From an uncultured Planctomycetales bacterium (lineage in GTDB: Bacteria > Planctomycetota > Phycisphaerae > UBA1845 > JAFGLZ01), in assembly GCA_964622545.1 (NCBI GenBank), contig CAZUQM010000014.1, positions 39,726 through 103,725 of the forward strand: 64,000 bases of DNA, written 5' to 3'. Positions 25,617 to 39,610 of the stretch are shown here, piece by piece (the stretch's first letter is position 1; each line of letters starts with the position of its first letter). The notes below the pieces were generated by a model. The model saw only the letters and a list, made by a program, of their open reading frames with translations, was not told where the DNA came from and did not search any database. The position numbers were made by a program, and so were the translations under genes.

Positions 25617-27053
25617 TTAGGTGAGCCGACGGCGGCTTAGGACCGCCAGGCACGCCAGGGCGATCACCGGCACGAAGGGCTCGACACCGCTGCCGCATTC
25701 GAACTGGGCCGTCACCTCACGATGATCGTTCATGACCAGCGTGATCGTGAGGTTGGCATCGTAGACGACGTGGTTTGCGTCGCCGGGATGATTGGGGTCG
25801 TACACCTGCCAGTGCTTGAAGGCCTTCCCTTCGATCGGTGTGGCCGATAGCGAGACAGTCGTTCCGGCCAGGAAGGCCGGGGCGTTCGGGTCGTTCGGAT
25901 CCGGATCGATGACGACCTCGCCCCAATGGGGATTGATCGCGCTCAGTGCCAAATCATAGACGGGCGTCATCAGAAACGCTCGCGTCTGACCGTCGAGCTT
26001 CCCGTGCCCGACGATCTGACCGACGTCGTTGATGCCGCGGGCCTCCGACAGCACCCAATTCGGCCAAGCCTCGGGCGGCATCAGGTCGTTGAGGTCGACC
26101 ATCAACTCGTTCTCATCATCCGTCGCGCCGGCTCGAAACCACAGGTCCGGTGACCCGTCCCCGTCGGTATCCTCCGGCTCGATGATGATCGCGTGAGGCG
26201 CACCCCCGTAGCCGACCTGTGCGTAGCCCACGATGACACCTCTCTCGTTGATGCCGTACGATCGACTCGTACCGTCGTGGTAGGATCCGAGGCTGATCAG
26301 CTGGCCGTTCACGAGAAGGAACGCTCGGATCTTGGTGTTGGGGGCATACACGCTGCGAGCCCAGCCCACCACGAGCCCCGCATCGTTGACGTCGAGCGCG
26401 GCGCTGCCGCGCCCGCCGAAGGTGCCCAAATCGCTCATCACGCCACCGGCGTAGACGAAGGCATGCCGCTCCCCGTTGGGGTCGTGGGCCCATCCGACGA
26501 TCGTTCCGCTGCCGTTGATGGCCTTGGCCTCGCTCTGGCTGCCGCCGAGCGTTCCCAGGTCCGACAGCGCGCCGCCCTGCCACAGGAAGGCGTGGTTCTC
26601 CCCGCCGCTGAGCGAGTTGCCGACCACCTCGCCACTCTCGCTGAGGCCGTAACCCAAGCTGTGGGTCCTGCCGGGCAGCGCGCCCAGGTCCGTCATGGTC
26701 CCGGCCTGCCACCGAAACGCGTGATAGGACGAGCCGTCGACGAAGGAGTAGCCGGTGACCTGGTCGTTGTCGTTGATGTCAAGACCCAGGCTCCGGGTCC
26801 CGCCCAGGGTCCCGAGGTCGGTCATGACGCCCTCGGCGTACAGAAACGCCCGGTCTTGTCCGGCCGCGTCATGCGACCATCCGGCGATGTGGCCGGCGTT
26901 GTTGATAGCCTGAGCCCGGCTTTGTGATCCGCCCAAGGTGCCGAGATCGACCAGGACGTAGTCCGTGGCCAACGTACAGGGGGTGAGCACGAACCAGGGC
27001 AGCAGGGCCGAGACCAGACCAGACCGGGGCAAGCTAAGCCAGCGGGTGGGCAT
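25617..27053 (-). CDS. HAF-family extracellular repeat protein with a PEP-CTERM-like C-terminal sorting tag
   Basis: ATG 27053 is directly preceded by GGAGGAGGAGGAA, and a signal peptide follows. There are 8 or more repeats of GTLGG..S.A..IN..G.(I/V)VGW....HAF(L/V). The C-terminus is VEPFVPVIALACLAVLSRRR. Confidence 0.75.
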   Translation of the reverse strand: MPTRWLSLPRSGLVSALLPWFVLTPCTLATDYVLVDLGTLGGSQSRAQAINNAGHIAGWSHDAAGQDRAFLYAEGVMTDLGTLGGTRSLGLDINDNDQVTGYSFVDGSSYHAFRWQAGTMTDLGALPGRTHSLGYGLSESGEVVGNSLSGGENHAFLWQGGALSDLGTLGGSQSEAKAINGSGTIVGWAHDPNGERHAFVYAGGVMSDLGTFGGRGSAALDVNDAGLVVGWARSVYAPNTKIRAFLLVNGQLISLGSYHDGTSRSYGINERGVIVGYAQVGYGGAPHAIIIEPEDTDGDGSPDLWFRAGATDDENELMVDLNDLMPPEAWPNWVLSEARGINDVGQIVGHGKLDGQTRAFLMTPVYDLALSAINPHWGEVVIDPDPNDPNAPAFLAGTTVSLSATPIEGKAFKHWQVYDPNHPGDANHVVYDANLTITLVMNDHREVTAQFECGSGVEPFVPVIALACLAVLSRRRLT

Positions 27054-27220
27054 TTCCTCCTCCTCCGGAGCGGCCGTTCCAGCAAGACGGGCGTTGGGGC
27101 ACACCCCCTCCTGGGAAGTCTAGGCTTGCACGTCGGGCGTTGGCAAGTAGCCCCCGGCCACCGGAAGACCTCCGCCCATCCGGAGTCCCATAATTCCGCG
27201 AACCTACGCGGACGAGGCGA

Positions 27221-28225
27221 TTAGCTGCCCGCAGGTCCGCTGGATCGGAGCGTCACCGGTCTGTTGCTTCGAGAGGCCTTGAACAGCGCGCTGGCCAACG
27301 CCACCGATCCCGCCGCCGACGGCAGCCCGTACGGCACGCCCCGCTTCTCGCGAACGCTCTTGACGAACGACGAAACCATCCCCGAATACCCGCATTCGAT
27401 ACGCGGATCATCCCCCGTGCCCAACCGAGGATGGTGCCGCGCCAAGAGCTGGCTGCCCGCGATGCACAGCAGGTTCACGTCGTCCTGGATCGTCAGCAAA
27501 GCGCCGTCGCCGCTGCGAACCTCCATGTGGCTGCCCGACGTCTGAGGCGCGCCCACGTGGTGCAGCCCGACGCTCACGACCGTCCCGTTCGACGCCAGCA
27601 CGATCGCCGCCAGATGACCGTAGGGCTGCTCGATGCCCCACACCCGCTGAGCCTCCAGACCGCACGCTCGAAGACGATCCGCCGCCTCGAACGCCAGATC
27701 GAACGGCAGCGGCAGATCGTCCAACTCATCCGGATCGGGATCCCGAGGCCACGTGATCACCAGATCGATCGACGCCAGCGGACCGAGCTTGCCCGACTCG
27801 ATCAACCGCCGCATCCGCGTCCCGGCCGGGCTGAACCGGTGCGCCTGCCCGACCATCACCGGCATGCGGCTCTTGCGGGCCAGGTGTGCCAAAGACCGGC
27901 ACTCCGACGGCTTCGTCCCCGGCGAGCCCAACAGCATCACCCCGGTCCGGCTCCGCAGACACGTCTTGGCCCACTGAATCCGGTCGGCCTCCTTGGCGAA
28001 AACGATCACCGCATCCGGCTCGGCCTCCGAAAGCATCTGATCGAGGTCGTCGAAGGGCCAGCGGGCCCCGTGGGCCCGGGCCGCATCCTCGGCCCGACCC
28101 GGGTTCGGGTCGAACACCGCCTCGAAGCGAACCCCTTCCACCGCGATCGATTGCAGCAACTGACGGGGGATGCGCGCCACGTCGCCGGCCAGCGCAACCC
28201 TGATCTCTCCTGACATACCATCCAT
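27221..28225 (-). CDS. Gfo/Idh/MocA-like oxidoreductase family protein (divergent)
   Basis: The N-terminal Rossmann-like layout reads IRVALAG....FEAVFDPNPGRAEDAA..DLDQML....DAVIV. The start is ambiguous: TTG 28234, ATG 28225 or ATG 28216. Confidence 0.6.
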   Translation of the reverse strand: MDGMSGEIRVALAGDVARIPRQLLQSIAVEGVRFEAVFDPNPGRAEDAARAHGARWPFDDLDQMLSEAEPDAVIVFAKEADRIQWAKTCLRSRTGVMLLGSPGTKPSECRSLAHLARKSRMPVMVGQAHRFSPAGTRMRRLIESGKLGPLASIDLVITWPRDPDPDELDDLPLPFDLAFEAADRLRACGLEAQRVWGIEQPYGHLAAIVLASNGTVVSVGLHHVGAPQTSGSHMEVRSGDGALLTIQDDVNLLCIAGSQLLARHHPRLGTGDDPRIECGYSGMVSSFVKSVREKRGVPYGLPSAAGSVALASALFKASRSNRPVTLRSSGPAGS

Positions 28226-28244
28226 CCGAACCAAAGCATTTCCG

Positions 28245-28272
28245 TTACGAACCCAAACGCGGCCGTTATAAT
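28245..28272 (+). promoter_or_regulatory. candidate sigma70-like promoter for the ACT-domain gene
   Basis: A perfect TATAAT sits at 28267-28272 and TTACGA lies 16 nt upstream (28245-28250). This falls in the divergent 28226-28398 region, ~125 nt before the ATG. Confidence 0.35.
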
Positions 28273-28398
28273 AGCATCGAACTGACGGATGTCGATCTGA
28301 GCCGAGGGGAAGGGCGAGCAGAAGCCGGCCCGGAGGGCGACCGAGCCGGACCTGCGCGGTACGGTACGCGAGTCGACCTACTGGACAAGGTGAACGAA

Positions 28399-28851
28399 AT
28401 GCGAACTGAGACGCAGTTTTCCGTCTTCCTGGTCAACAAGCCCGGCGTCCTGGCACAGGTGACCGACGCCCTCGCCGAAGCCAAGATCAACATCGTCGCC
28501 CTGACGATGATGGACTCCAGCGAGCACGGCGTCCTACGCCTCGTGGCCGGAAACGCCGACAAAGCCCGCGACGTGCTCAAAAAGCTCAACGTCCCCATGA
28601 CCGAAGCGGAGGTGCTCGTCGTCGAGATGTCGAACAAGCCGGGCTCCCTGGCCGATACCTGCAACCGGCTCGCATCGGCGCACGTCAACATCAGCTATGC
28701 GTACGTCACGACGGGCGCACCCGGCGGAAAGGCCTGCGCGGTGCTCAAGGTGGCCGACACCAAAAAGGCCATCGCCACCCTCAGCGACCGGAAGCCCCGC
28801 AGGAAGACCTCGCGGAAGAAGGTCCGACGCTCGCCGGCCTCGAGAATGTAA
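28399..28851 (+). CDS. tandem ACT-domain (amino-acid-binding) protein
   Basis: Two ACT-like halves are present: QFSVFLVNKPGVLAQVTDALAEAKINIVAL and VLVVEMSNKPGSLADTCNRLASAHVNISYAY. The start is ATG 28399 or GTG 28390. Confidence 0.75.
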   Translation: MRTETQFSVFLVNKPGVLAQVTDALAEAKINIVALTMMDSSEHGVLRLVAGNADKARDVLKKLNVPMTEAEVLVVEMSNKPGSLADTCNRLASAHVNISYAYVTTGAPGGKACAVLKVADTKKAIATLSDRKPRRKTSRKKVRRSPASRM

Positions 28852-29016
28852 TCGCGGACGAACCGGTCGTCCCGAATGCGGACCGTGCCCGCGCGATCGA
28901 CCCCCGTCATCGAATCCCGGGCTCGCTCGTGCCGCCGTCCGTCGGCCCGCCGTAGTGGAGACCCCAGCCCCGTGCCTCGTACCCCGGGCCGATTCCATCT
29001 CCTCCAGCCCCGCCAC

Positions 29017-30351
29017 ATGTGGCGACTGGCCTCCTTGTCCGATTTCTGGCGGATGGCCCTGTACCTCCAGAACCAGCGGAACGCCGACCAAGCCGGCCAC
29101 GCCCTCGAGGCCTACCTCTCACGCATCACACCCATCGTCCGCGACAGCGTCCGGCGCTACGCGCGCTGCCTCCGCCTCCTCGACAAACGCGCCGGCGGCC
29201 TGCTCAGCAACCCCGCCACCGTCCAGCGCCTCCGCCTGCCCCTGCCGTCGGGCCAAACCCTGCTGGACTACTTCGAAAACGCCGGTAGGTCCCTCGACGC
29301 GTGGCTGACCGACCTCGACGAGGCGCCGGCCGAACAGTCGCTCAAGCTCTGGCAGCGCCTCCTCGACGACCCCAACGAGTACCGATCCTTCATGACCCGC
29401 CTCATCCACCAGTTCGGCAACTACGAGATGATCGCCCTGGCCCTGCCCGGCATGGGGCCCATCATCACCGACCGTCGCCTCCAGGCCACCATGTCCGAGA
29501 TGTTCGCCATCAAGCGACGGCTCATCCGCCTGCTCGAGCTGGCCTACAGCGTCCGCCGGGCCTGGCTCAGCGACCCGCCCACCACCAGCCTGAGCTTCTT
29601 CGACCCGGAGGTCGACCTGGGCCGACTCGTCCGCGGCATGCTCGCCGAGTACATGGTCCAGGCCGACCCCGAACGCATCGCCGCCGGAAAAAAACGCGCC
29701 GAGCGCAAAGGCCGCCGCCACACACGCTACCGTTTCTGGAGACCCGCCGAGGCCCTCCGCCAGATGGCCGGCGTGACCTACAAGGAGCGACCCGGAAGGG
29801 TCCCCCGACCGACCAACCGCTACGTCGACCTGCGACTGGCCGCGACCCCCGCCTTCTGCGCCGACCTCACCCGCCTCAACTGGGCCGTCAAGGAGCTGTT
29901 CAACAACGCCATCGCCGCCACCACCCGCGTCACCATCAGCGACGACGGCCAGCGCGTCGAGGCCAGACCCATCCCCAAGCACGACTGCCCCAACCCGCCC
30001 TCGGCCATCACCCTGACCGTCAAGCCGATCACCATGTGGCAGGGCCTGCGGCGGACCCGCGGCTCCCGCCTCGTCATCAGCGACGACGGCATCGGCATCG
30101 ACCCCAAGGTCCTGCCCCACGTCACGCTCTGGGCCTTCAGCACCCACCGCGATTGGATCGACGACGACCCCGACCGCCTCATCAGCGAGGCCAGCCTCGA
30201 GAGCAAGCAGATGCTCATCGGCGGTAAGGGTATCGGCCTGGCCTTCGCCCGCGCCACCATCGAGGAGCTCGGTGGCCGACTCACCATCAGCAGCGCGCCC
30301 GACAAGGGCACCGTCGTCACCATCGACATCCCCGTCCCGACCCTCCGCTGA
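29017..30351 (+). CDS. soluble GHKL/histidine-kinase-like ATPase without a recognisable sensor, TM or canonical H-box
   Basis: The N box is VKELFNNAIAAT, G1 is VISDDGIGID, and G2 is GGKGIGLAFARATIEELGGRLTISS. The start is uncertain: ATG 29017 is preferred over 28876, whose extension is Arg/Pro-rich. Confidence 0.6.
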   Translation: MWRLASLSDFWRMALYLQNQRNADQAGHALEAYLSRITPIVRDSVRRYARCLRLLDKRAGGLLSNPATVQRLRLPLPSGQTLLDYFENAGRSLDAWLTDLDEAPAEQSLKLWQRLLDDPNEYRSFMTRLIHQFGNYEMIALALPGMGPIITDRRLQATMSEMFAIKRRLIRLLELAYSVRRAWLSDPPTTSLSFFDPEVDLGRLVRGMLAEYMVQADPERIAAGKKRAERKGRRHTRYRFWRPAEALRQMAGVTYKERPGRVPRPTNRYVDLRLAATPAFCADLTRLNWAVKELFNNAIAATTRVTISDDGQRVEARPIPKHDCPNPPSAITLTVKPITMWQGLRRTRGSRLVISDDGIGIDPKVLPHVTLWAFSTHRDWIDDDPDRLISEASLESKQMLIGGKGIGLAFARATIEELGGRLTISSAPDKGTVVTIDIPVPTLR

Positions 30352-30360
30352 GACGATCCG

Positions 30361-32280
30361 TCACTCCGCCGGCGTGAACGTCACGCGAACCGCCGCTTTC
30401 TCGACCGGCTCGGTCAGCACGATCCCGATCCGCGTCGGCAACCGCTTCGTCTTCACGTCCTCCTGGATCTCGACCGGCACGAGCTCGAACCGGCACCCGC
30501 CGGCATCAATCTCCGCACGCAACGCGTTCGTGCCGTCGTGAATCTTCAGCGACGTCGGCCCGAGCCGCTCCCACGGACTCGTGGTCACGATCGCCGTCTC
30601 GAACTTCTTCGGTGCCTTGAACGCTACCTCGTCGGTCACAATCAGACTGCCCGCACCCCCGCGCGAATACACGAACGTCCGAACCAGGTCCTTCAATTCC
30701 GGCACCTTGTACGCCGACGCCATGTCGATCACCAGCGTGTCAGCCGCGTCGGTGAAGTCCGTACGGACCACGCGGCCCCGCGCGCTGCGGCCCTTCCGCT
30801 GTAACTGCCCGGCCACGCGCGGCACCGAATGCCCGAACGAGTTCAACACGTCGCTCTCGTAACGCTTGCTGCTGAACGTCCGCCGCGTGTACACCTCCCC
30901 GCCCGGATCGATCACCAACGCCCGCCCGCCGACCACGCCGATGTACGAGCCCACGTCGTTGTGGTTGTGATGCTCGGCGTTGTTGCCGCCCTTGAGCGAC
31001 ACCGCCAGCTTGCAGCCCTTCCGATCCCCCGGCCGGCAGATCAGCACGCCCGCGTTCTCGAACCACGTCCGCGCCCCGCCCACGTCCGCCGCCTTCTCGG
31101 CCGGGGGTCGCTTCGACGCCGAGTTCGGGAATGAATAGATCACCGCGTCGAACAAGCGCCCGCTCGCCGAGACCATCGCCTTCGACTCCCAGCGCTTCAG
31201 CCCCAGCCCCAGCCGGCGGCTGATGAAGTGCATGAGCTGTTCATCGGGCCTGGCCCGCACCGAGCAGTCCGCGTACGACGGATACACCCCGTCGGCGATC
31301 TCGATCCGCGCCCCGTACATCGCCGGCGCCCGCGCCTCGGGCCGGCTCATCAGGTCGATACCCCCGTCCGTCGCCTGATGGATCACCTCCGACAGCAGCA
31401 CGTAATGCCCGAAGCCGTAGTTCCAATACCCCACGCCCTCCGAGCAGTAGCCGTCCTTGGTGAACCCGCGGAGGAAGTTCTTCACGTACTCCCGCGCGGC
31501 GATCACGAACACGGCCCGCTCCTCGCGCTGCGGTACCTGCGCCAGTGCCGCCCCCGTCACGCCCGCCAGACACACCGAATTCCAGTTGTTCGTGCCCAGC
31601 ATCCACCAGTTCTCTTTGCGCTTGCCGGTGGCCATGTCCTTGAAGGGCTTGATCGCCCGGCGTTCGACGTTCTCGCGGATCAGCTCGCGCACCGCCGGGC
31701 TCAGCTTCTCGCCCAGCAGGTAGTTCGTCGTCGCCATCGTCCACGCCATCGCCGACGAGGCCAGGTCGATGTCCACCTGCGTGCCCTTGAAGTTCCGCAG
31801 CGTCCGGTCGTGGGCGGGCATCACCCACGTCCGCTCGGCGCAGACCGCGCGGATGACCTTCTCCAGGTCCGGCACGAACCGCCCCTGGTTCTCGACGCAC
31901 TCGGCCAACACCAGATCGGGGATCCGCCCGCGCCGCCGGGCCGCCACACGCTGCCACCGCGTGCGATTGCCCGTCTTCGAGAAGTCCAGGAACAGCTCGT
32001 CAGGCTGCTCCGGCAGCGGCTTGCCGATGAGCTTGGCCGCGGCCGTCACGACCTTGCGATACGACGGGTGCTTGGCCAGCTTGCCCCACGCCTCGCGGTC
32101 CGACACGGGCCTGCCCACACCCACGGGCTGCTCCGGCAGCATCTTGGCCACGGCCTGGATCTGCTCAGGGGAAGGCATCTTCCCCAGCCGCGCCGCCTCG
32201 CCCACCCGGGCGACCGCGAACACCGCCACCACCGCCACCACGCTCCTCAACCGACTCACGTGCTTCATCAAATCTGACAC
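30361..32280 (-). CDS. heparinase II/III-like family protein (polysaccharide lyase-like), secreted
   Basis: GTG 32280 sits 5 nt after AAGGAGGA and gives MSDLMKHVSRLRSVVAVVAVFAVA. The diagnostic stretch is GGNNAEHHNHNDVGSYIGVVGGRALVIDPG. Confidence 0.8.
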   Translation of the reverse strand: MSDLMKHVSRLRSVVAVVAVFAVARVGEAARLGKMPSPEQIQAVAKMLPEQPVGVGRPVSDREAWGKLAKHPSYRKVVTAAAKLIGKPLPEQPDELFLDFSKTGNRTRWQRVAARRRGRIPDLVLAECVENQGRFVPDLEKVIRAVCAERTWVMPAHDRTLRNFKGTQVDIDLASSAMAWTMATTNYLLGEKLSPAVRELIRENVERRAIKPFKDMATGKRKENWWMLGTNNWNSVCLAGVTGAALAQVPQREERAVFVIAAREYVKNFLRGFTKDGYCSEGVGYWNYGFGHYVLLSEVIHQATDGGIDLMSRPEARAPAMYGARIEIADGVYPSYADCSVRARPDEQLMHFISRRLGLGLKRWESKAMVSASGRLFDAVIYSFPNSASKRPPAEKAADVGGARTWFENAGVLICRPGDRKGCKLAVSLKGGNNAEHHNHNDVGSYIGVVGGRALVIDPGGEVYTRRTFSSKRYESDVLNSFGHSVPRVAGQLQRKGRSARGRVVRTDFTDAADTLVIDMASAYKVPELKDLVRTFVYSRGGAGSLIVTDEVAFKAPKKFETAIVTTSPWERLGPTSLKIHDGTNALRAEIDAGGCRFELVPVEIQEDVKTKRLPTRIGIVLTEPVEKAAVRVTFTPAE

Positions 32281-32442
32281 GATGGTCCTCCTTATCGATG
32301 TCCCCCCGGTGCGCGATCGTTCTCCGCTAAACGCAAGAGGATACGGCCACCGGCATCGCTTGTGAAATGCCGAAGCTGCCCTCATGGACTCAAACCCAGA
32401 AGCCTTGGCCGATGATAACGCTGCGATGTCGCACAGCCCTGT

Positions 32443-32513
32443 GATGTGGCACAGCCGCCCTCGGCTGTGCGCCAGGCCAGGACTTCGGCAGGGACGTGGC
32501 TCCCGCCGAGCCG
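32443..32513 (+). repeat. intergenic repeat module F, copy 2 (weak)
   Basis: The termini match 14875-14938. The interior hairpin is GCACAGCCG-CCCT-CGGCTGTGC. Confidence 0.35.
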
Positions 32514-32540
32514 AATCCGTGGAAGGACGAGCCTCCCACT

Positions 32541-32617
32541 GAGCCCCGCTGGCTCCCGCGGCGTAGCCGAAGGCGAAGCCGGGTCCTCAGCGGGGTCACT
32601 CGCCCCGAAGGGGCGAG
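32541..32617 (+). repeat. intergenic repeat module E, copy 2
   Basis: The backbone is the same as 22712-22785. The terminal hairpin is replaced by CGCCCC-GAAG-GGGCG, so the stem sequence differs but pairing is preserved. Confidence 0.8.
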
Positions 32618-32679
32618 CATTCTAGGTAAGAACTTGACGCGCAACGGGCTTTCATAGAAGCGTGCGTCTTGACGCACGT

Positions 32680-32721
32680 TCAGAGACGCGACTGTCAAGG
32701 AGCGTTGCTGTTACAGCGCTC
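32680..32721 (+). repeat. intergenic repeat module D, copy 1
   Basis: TCAGAGACGCGACTGTCAAGGAGCGTTGCTGTTACAGCGCTC matches 39205-39247. Confidence 0.8.
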
Positions 32722-32801
32722 ACGCAAATAGGTGACTGTCCCGAACGGCACTGCCGTTCGTGACGGTCCCCAATGAGCCAACTTGACTGGCTCAATCGTT
32801 C

Positions 32802-32833
32802 CGACGTGTCGACTTGTTGACGTGTCGCCGTCT
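32802..32833 (+). repeat. octanucleotide array module A (4 units)
   Basis: The sequence reads CGACGTGT CGACTTGT TGACGTGT CGCCGTCT. Confidence 0.8.
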
Positions 32834-32884
32834 TCTCTGGATCCCGGGTTGCAGACCCCGAAACCCGATCCCAGACCCTAAACC

Positions 32885-34307
32885 CTATCCCCCGCCTCTC
32901 AGCCACCGGTCGATCGCGGCCGCGGCCTGTCGGCCATCGTAGATCGCCCGCACCACCAGCGACGCGCCCTTGACCGTATCGCCGCTGGCGAACACCCCCT
33001 CCTCGCTCGTCATGTAGTCCTTCACCACGACGTTGCCCCGCGCGTCCAGCTCCAACCCGAGCTGCTCGATGAAGCCCTTGTGCACCACATGAACGAACCC
33101 CATCGCCAGCAGCACCAGGTCGACCGGCATGCTGAACTCCGAGCCCGGCCGCTCCTTCAGCTCCATGCCCTTCGCCCCCGCGACCCAGTCCACCTCGCAG
33201 CCGTGCAGCTCCGTCGCCGTGTCGCCCTCGCCCGTCAGCTCCTTCGTCAGCACGCTCCACCGGCGATGGCACCCCTCCTCCTGCGACGACGACGTCCGCA
33301 GGATCTGAGGCCACATCGGCCACGGCGTCGCCGGGTTGCTCCCCTCCGGCGGCATCGACAGGATCTCGAACTGATGCACCTCCTTGGCGCCCTGCCGCAG
33401 CGACGTCCCGATGCAGTCGCTGCCCGTGTCGCCGCCGCCGATGACCACCACGGTCTTGTCCTTGGCCAGGATCGGGTCAGCCGGCGGCGTCTCGTCATAG
33501 TCGCCCGCCACCCGGCGGTTCTGCTGCGAGAGAAAGTCCATCGCGAACACGACGTTCTTGAACTCGGCTCCGGGAACCGTCAGCGGCCGCGGCTGGCCCG
33601 CCCCCATCGTCAGGCACACCGCGTCAAACGTCTTGCGGAGATACCGCGCCGAGATGTCCTCGCCGATGATCACGTCCGTCTCGAAATCCACCCCCTCGGC
33701 CGCGAGCTGCCGCAACCGCCGGTCGAGCACGCCCTTGTCCAGCTTGAAGTCGGGAATGCCGTACCGCAGCAGGCCCCCGATCCGGTTGTCCCTCTCGAAC
33801 ACCGTCACGTCGTGACCCGCCCGAGCGAGCTGCTGGGCCGCGGCCAGTCCCGCCGGACCCGACCCGATGACCGCCACGCTCCGTCCCGTGCGCTTCCTGG
33901 CCGGCATCGGCTCGATCCAACCCTCGGCGAACGCACGCTCGGCGATCTGATACTCGATGTGCTTGATCAGAACCGGCTCGCTGTTGATGCTCAGGGTGCA
34001 GGCCGGTTCGCACGGCGCGGGGCAGACGCGCCCCGTGATCTCCGGGAAGTTGTTCGTCGCGTGCAGGTTGTCCGACGCCTCCCGCCACTTGCCGCGGTAG
34101 ACCAGGTCGTTGAACTCAGGGATCCGGTTCCACACCGGGCACCCCGCGCTGTGACAGAACGGAATCCCGCAATCCATGCACCGCGCCGCCTGACGGACCA
34201 GCTTCTCCACCGGGTGCGGCAGGTCCAGCTCGCGAAAATCGCCGAGACGCTCGGCCACCGGACGATGGCCGATCTCCTCGCGACGGAATTCCATGAAACC
34301 CGTCGGC

Positions 34308-34315
<8 letters not shown>
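32885..34315 (-). CDS. gltD: glutamate synthase (NADPH) small subunit
   Basis: GTG 34315 (VAKPTGFMEFRRE) has GGAGGAGG upstream and overlaps the gltB stop (CGTGGCTAA). The motifs are the Fe-S motif CMDCGIPFC and FAD/NAD motifs VAVIGSGPAGLAAA and VVVIGGGDTGSDC. Confidence 0.92.
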
Positions 34316-38885
<4,570 letters not shown>

Positions 38886-39029
38886 CCCGTGTGCGGCGCG
38901 ATCGGCCGGAGCCACCGCGCCTGTCGATCAGTGAACTACCTAGGGATCGCCCTGTAGGCGGAACACATTATTGTAGAGGATTACGGCCCTCGGTACGACC
39001 CCGCCCTCAACGAAACTCACCGAGAGCGA

Positions 39030-39051
39030 GCATAACATGGCTATCTTATGC
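39030..39051. promoter_or_regulatory. palindrome GCATAA-N10-TTATGC in the AT-richer region upstream of gltB (candidate operator)
   Basis: The inverted hexamers GCATAA and TTATGC lie ~150 bp upstream of the gltB start, inside the least GC-rich patch of the window. No known consensus was recognised. Confidence 0.25.
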
Positions 39052-39204
39052 AGCTTACGCCGGCATCCACCCAGGTGGCATCCTGTCTACCCTTGTCGTT
39101 TCCTCCACCGGGGTGCCCAAACCGACATGGCGTTCTGCCCGGAAAGCGGTTCCTAGTAGTCCAACACAATTGAATTTGTCGGTTCCACAACTTCGGGGTC
39201 GTCG

Positions 39205-39247
39205 TCAGAGACGCGACTGTGAAGGAGCGTTGTCGTTCAGGCGCTCC
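39205..39247 (+). repeat. intergenic repeat module D, copy 2
   Basis: The sequence reads TCAGAGACGCGACTGTGAAGGAGCGTTGTCGTTCAGGCGCTCC. The stem pairs GGAGCG with CGCTCC. Confidence 0.8.
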
Positions 39248-39610
39248 AACAACACAGCTCCCTGACGGTCGCTGCTCTGATAGGCGTATCGCTTACCTGA
39301 TCGGAACCCACAAAAACAAGTGTGGTCGGGTACTAGTGCTGCCTTTCAGAAGTGTCGCGACGACCTGTCCGAGCCGCCGGAGTCATCCGGCGCGGCCGCG
39401 CGGCATGAATGCCGCGGCTCCAGCAGCAGCCGTGGCGTGTGCCCCCCCCTGTCCCTAGTCGCACGATGTGTGAAACGCAGCCCTAGAATCCGTCTCCGAC
39501 GGCCACCCGACTCGCAGGGTCGGCGGATCAGAGACCCGGGTGGAGTCGGCCGCCAGGCCGACGAACCACGAGGTCACCTCAGGTGTCCTGTGATAGCGAA
39601 AGGCCTCCTG

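Noticed and set aside
32680-32721. Module D as a sigma70 promoter on the minus strand (it contains TTGACA).
   Set aside because: No acceptable -10 hexamer lies 16-18 nt downstream in either copy. The second copy has TTCACA.
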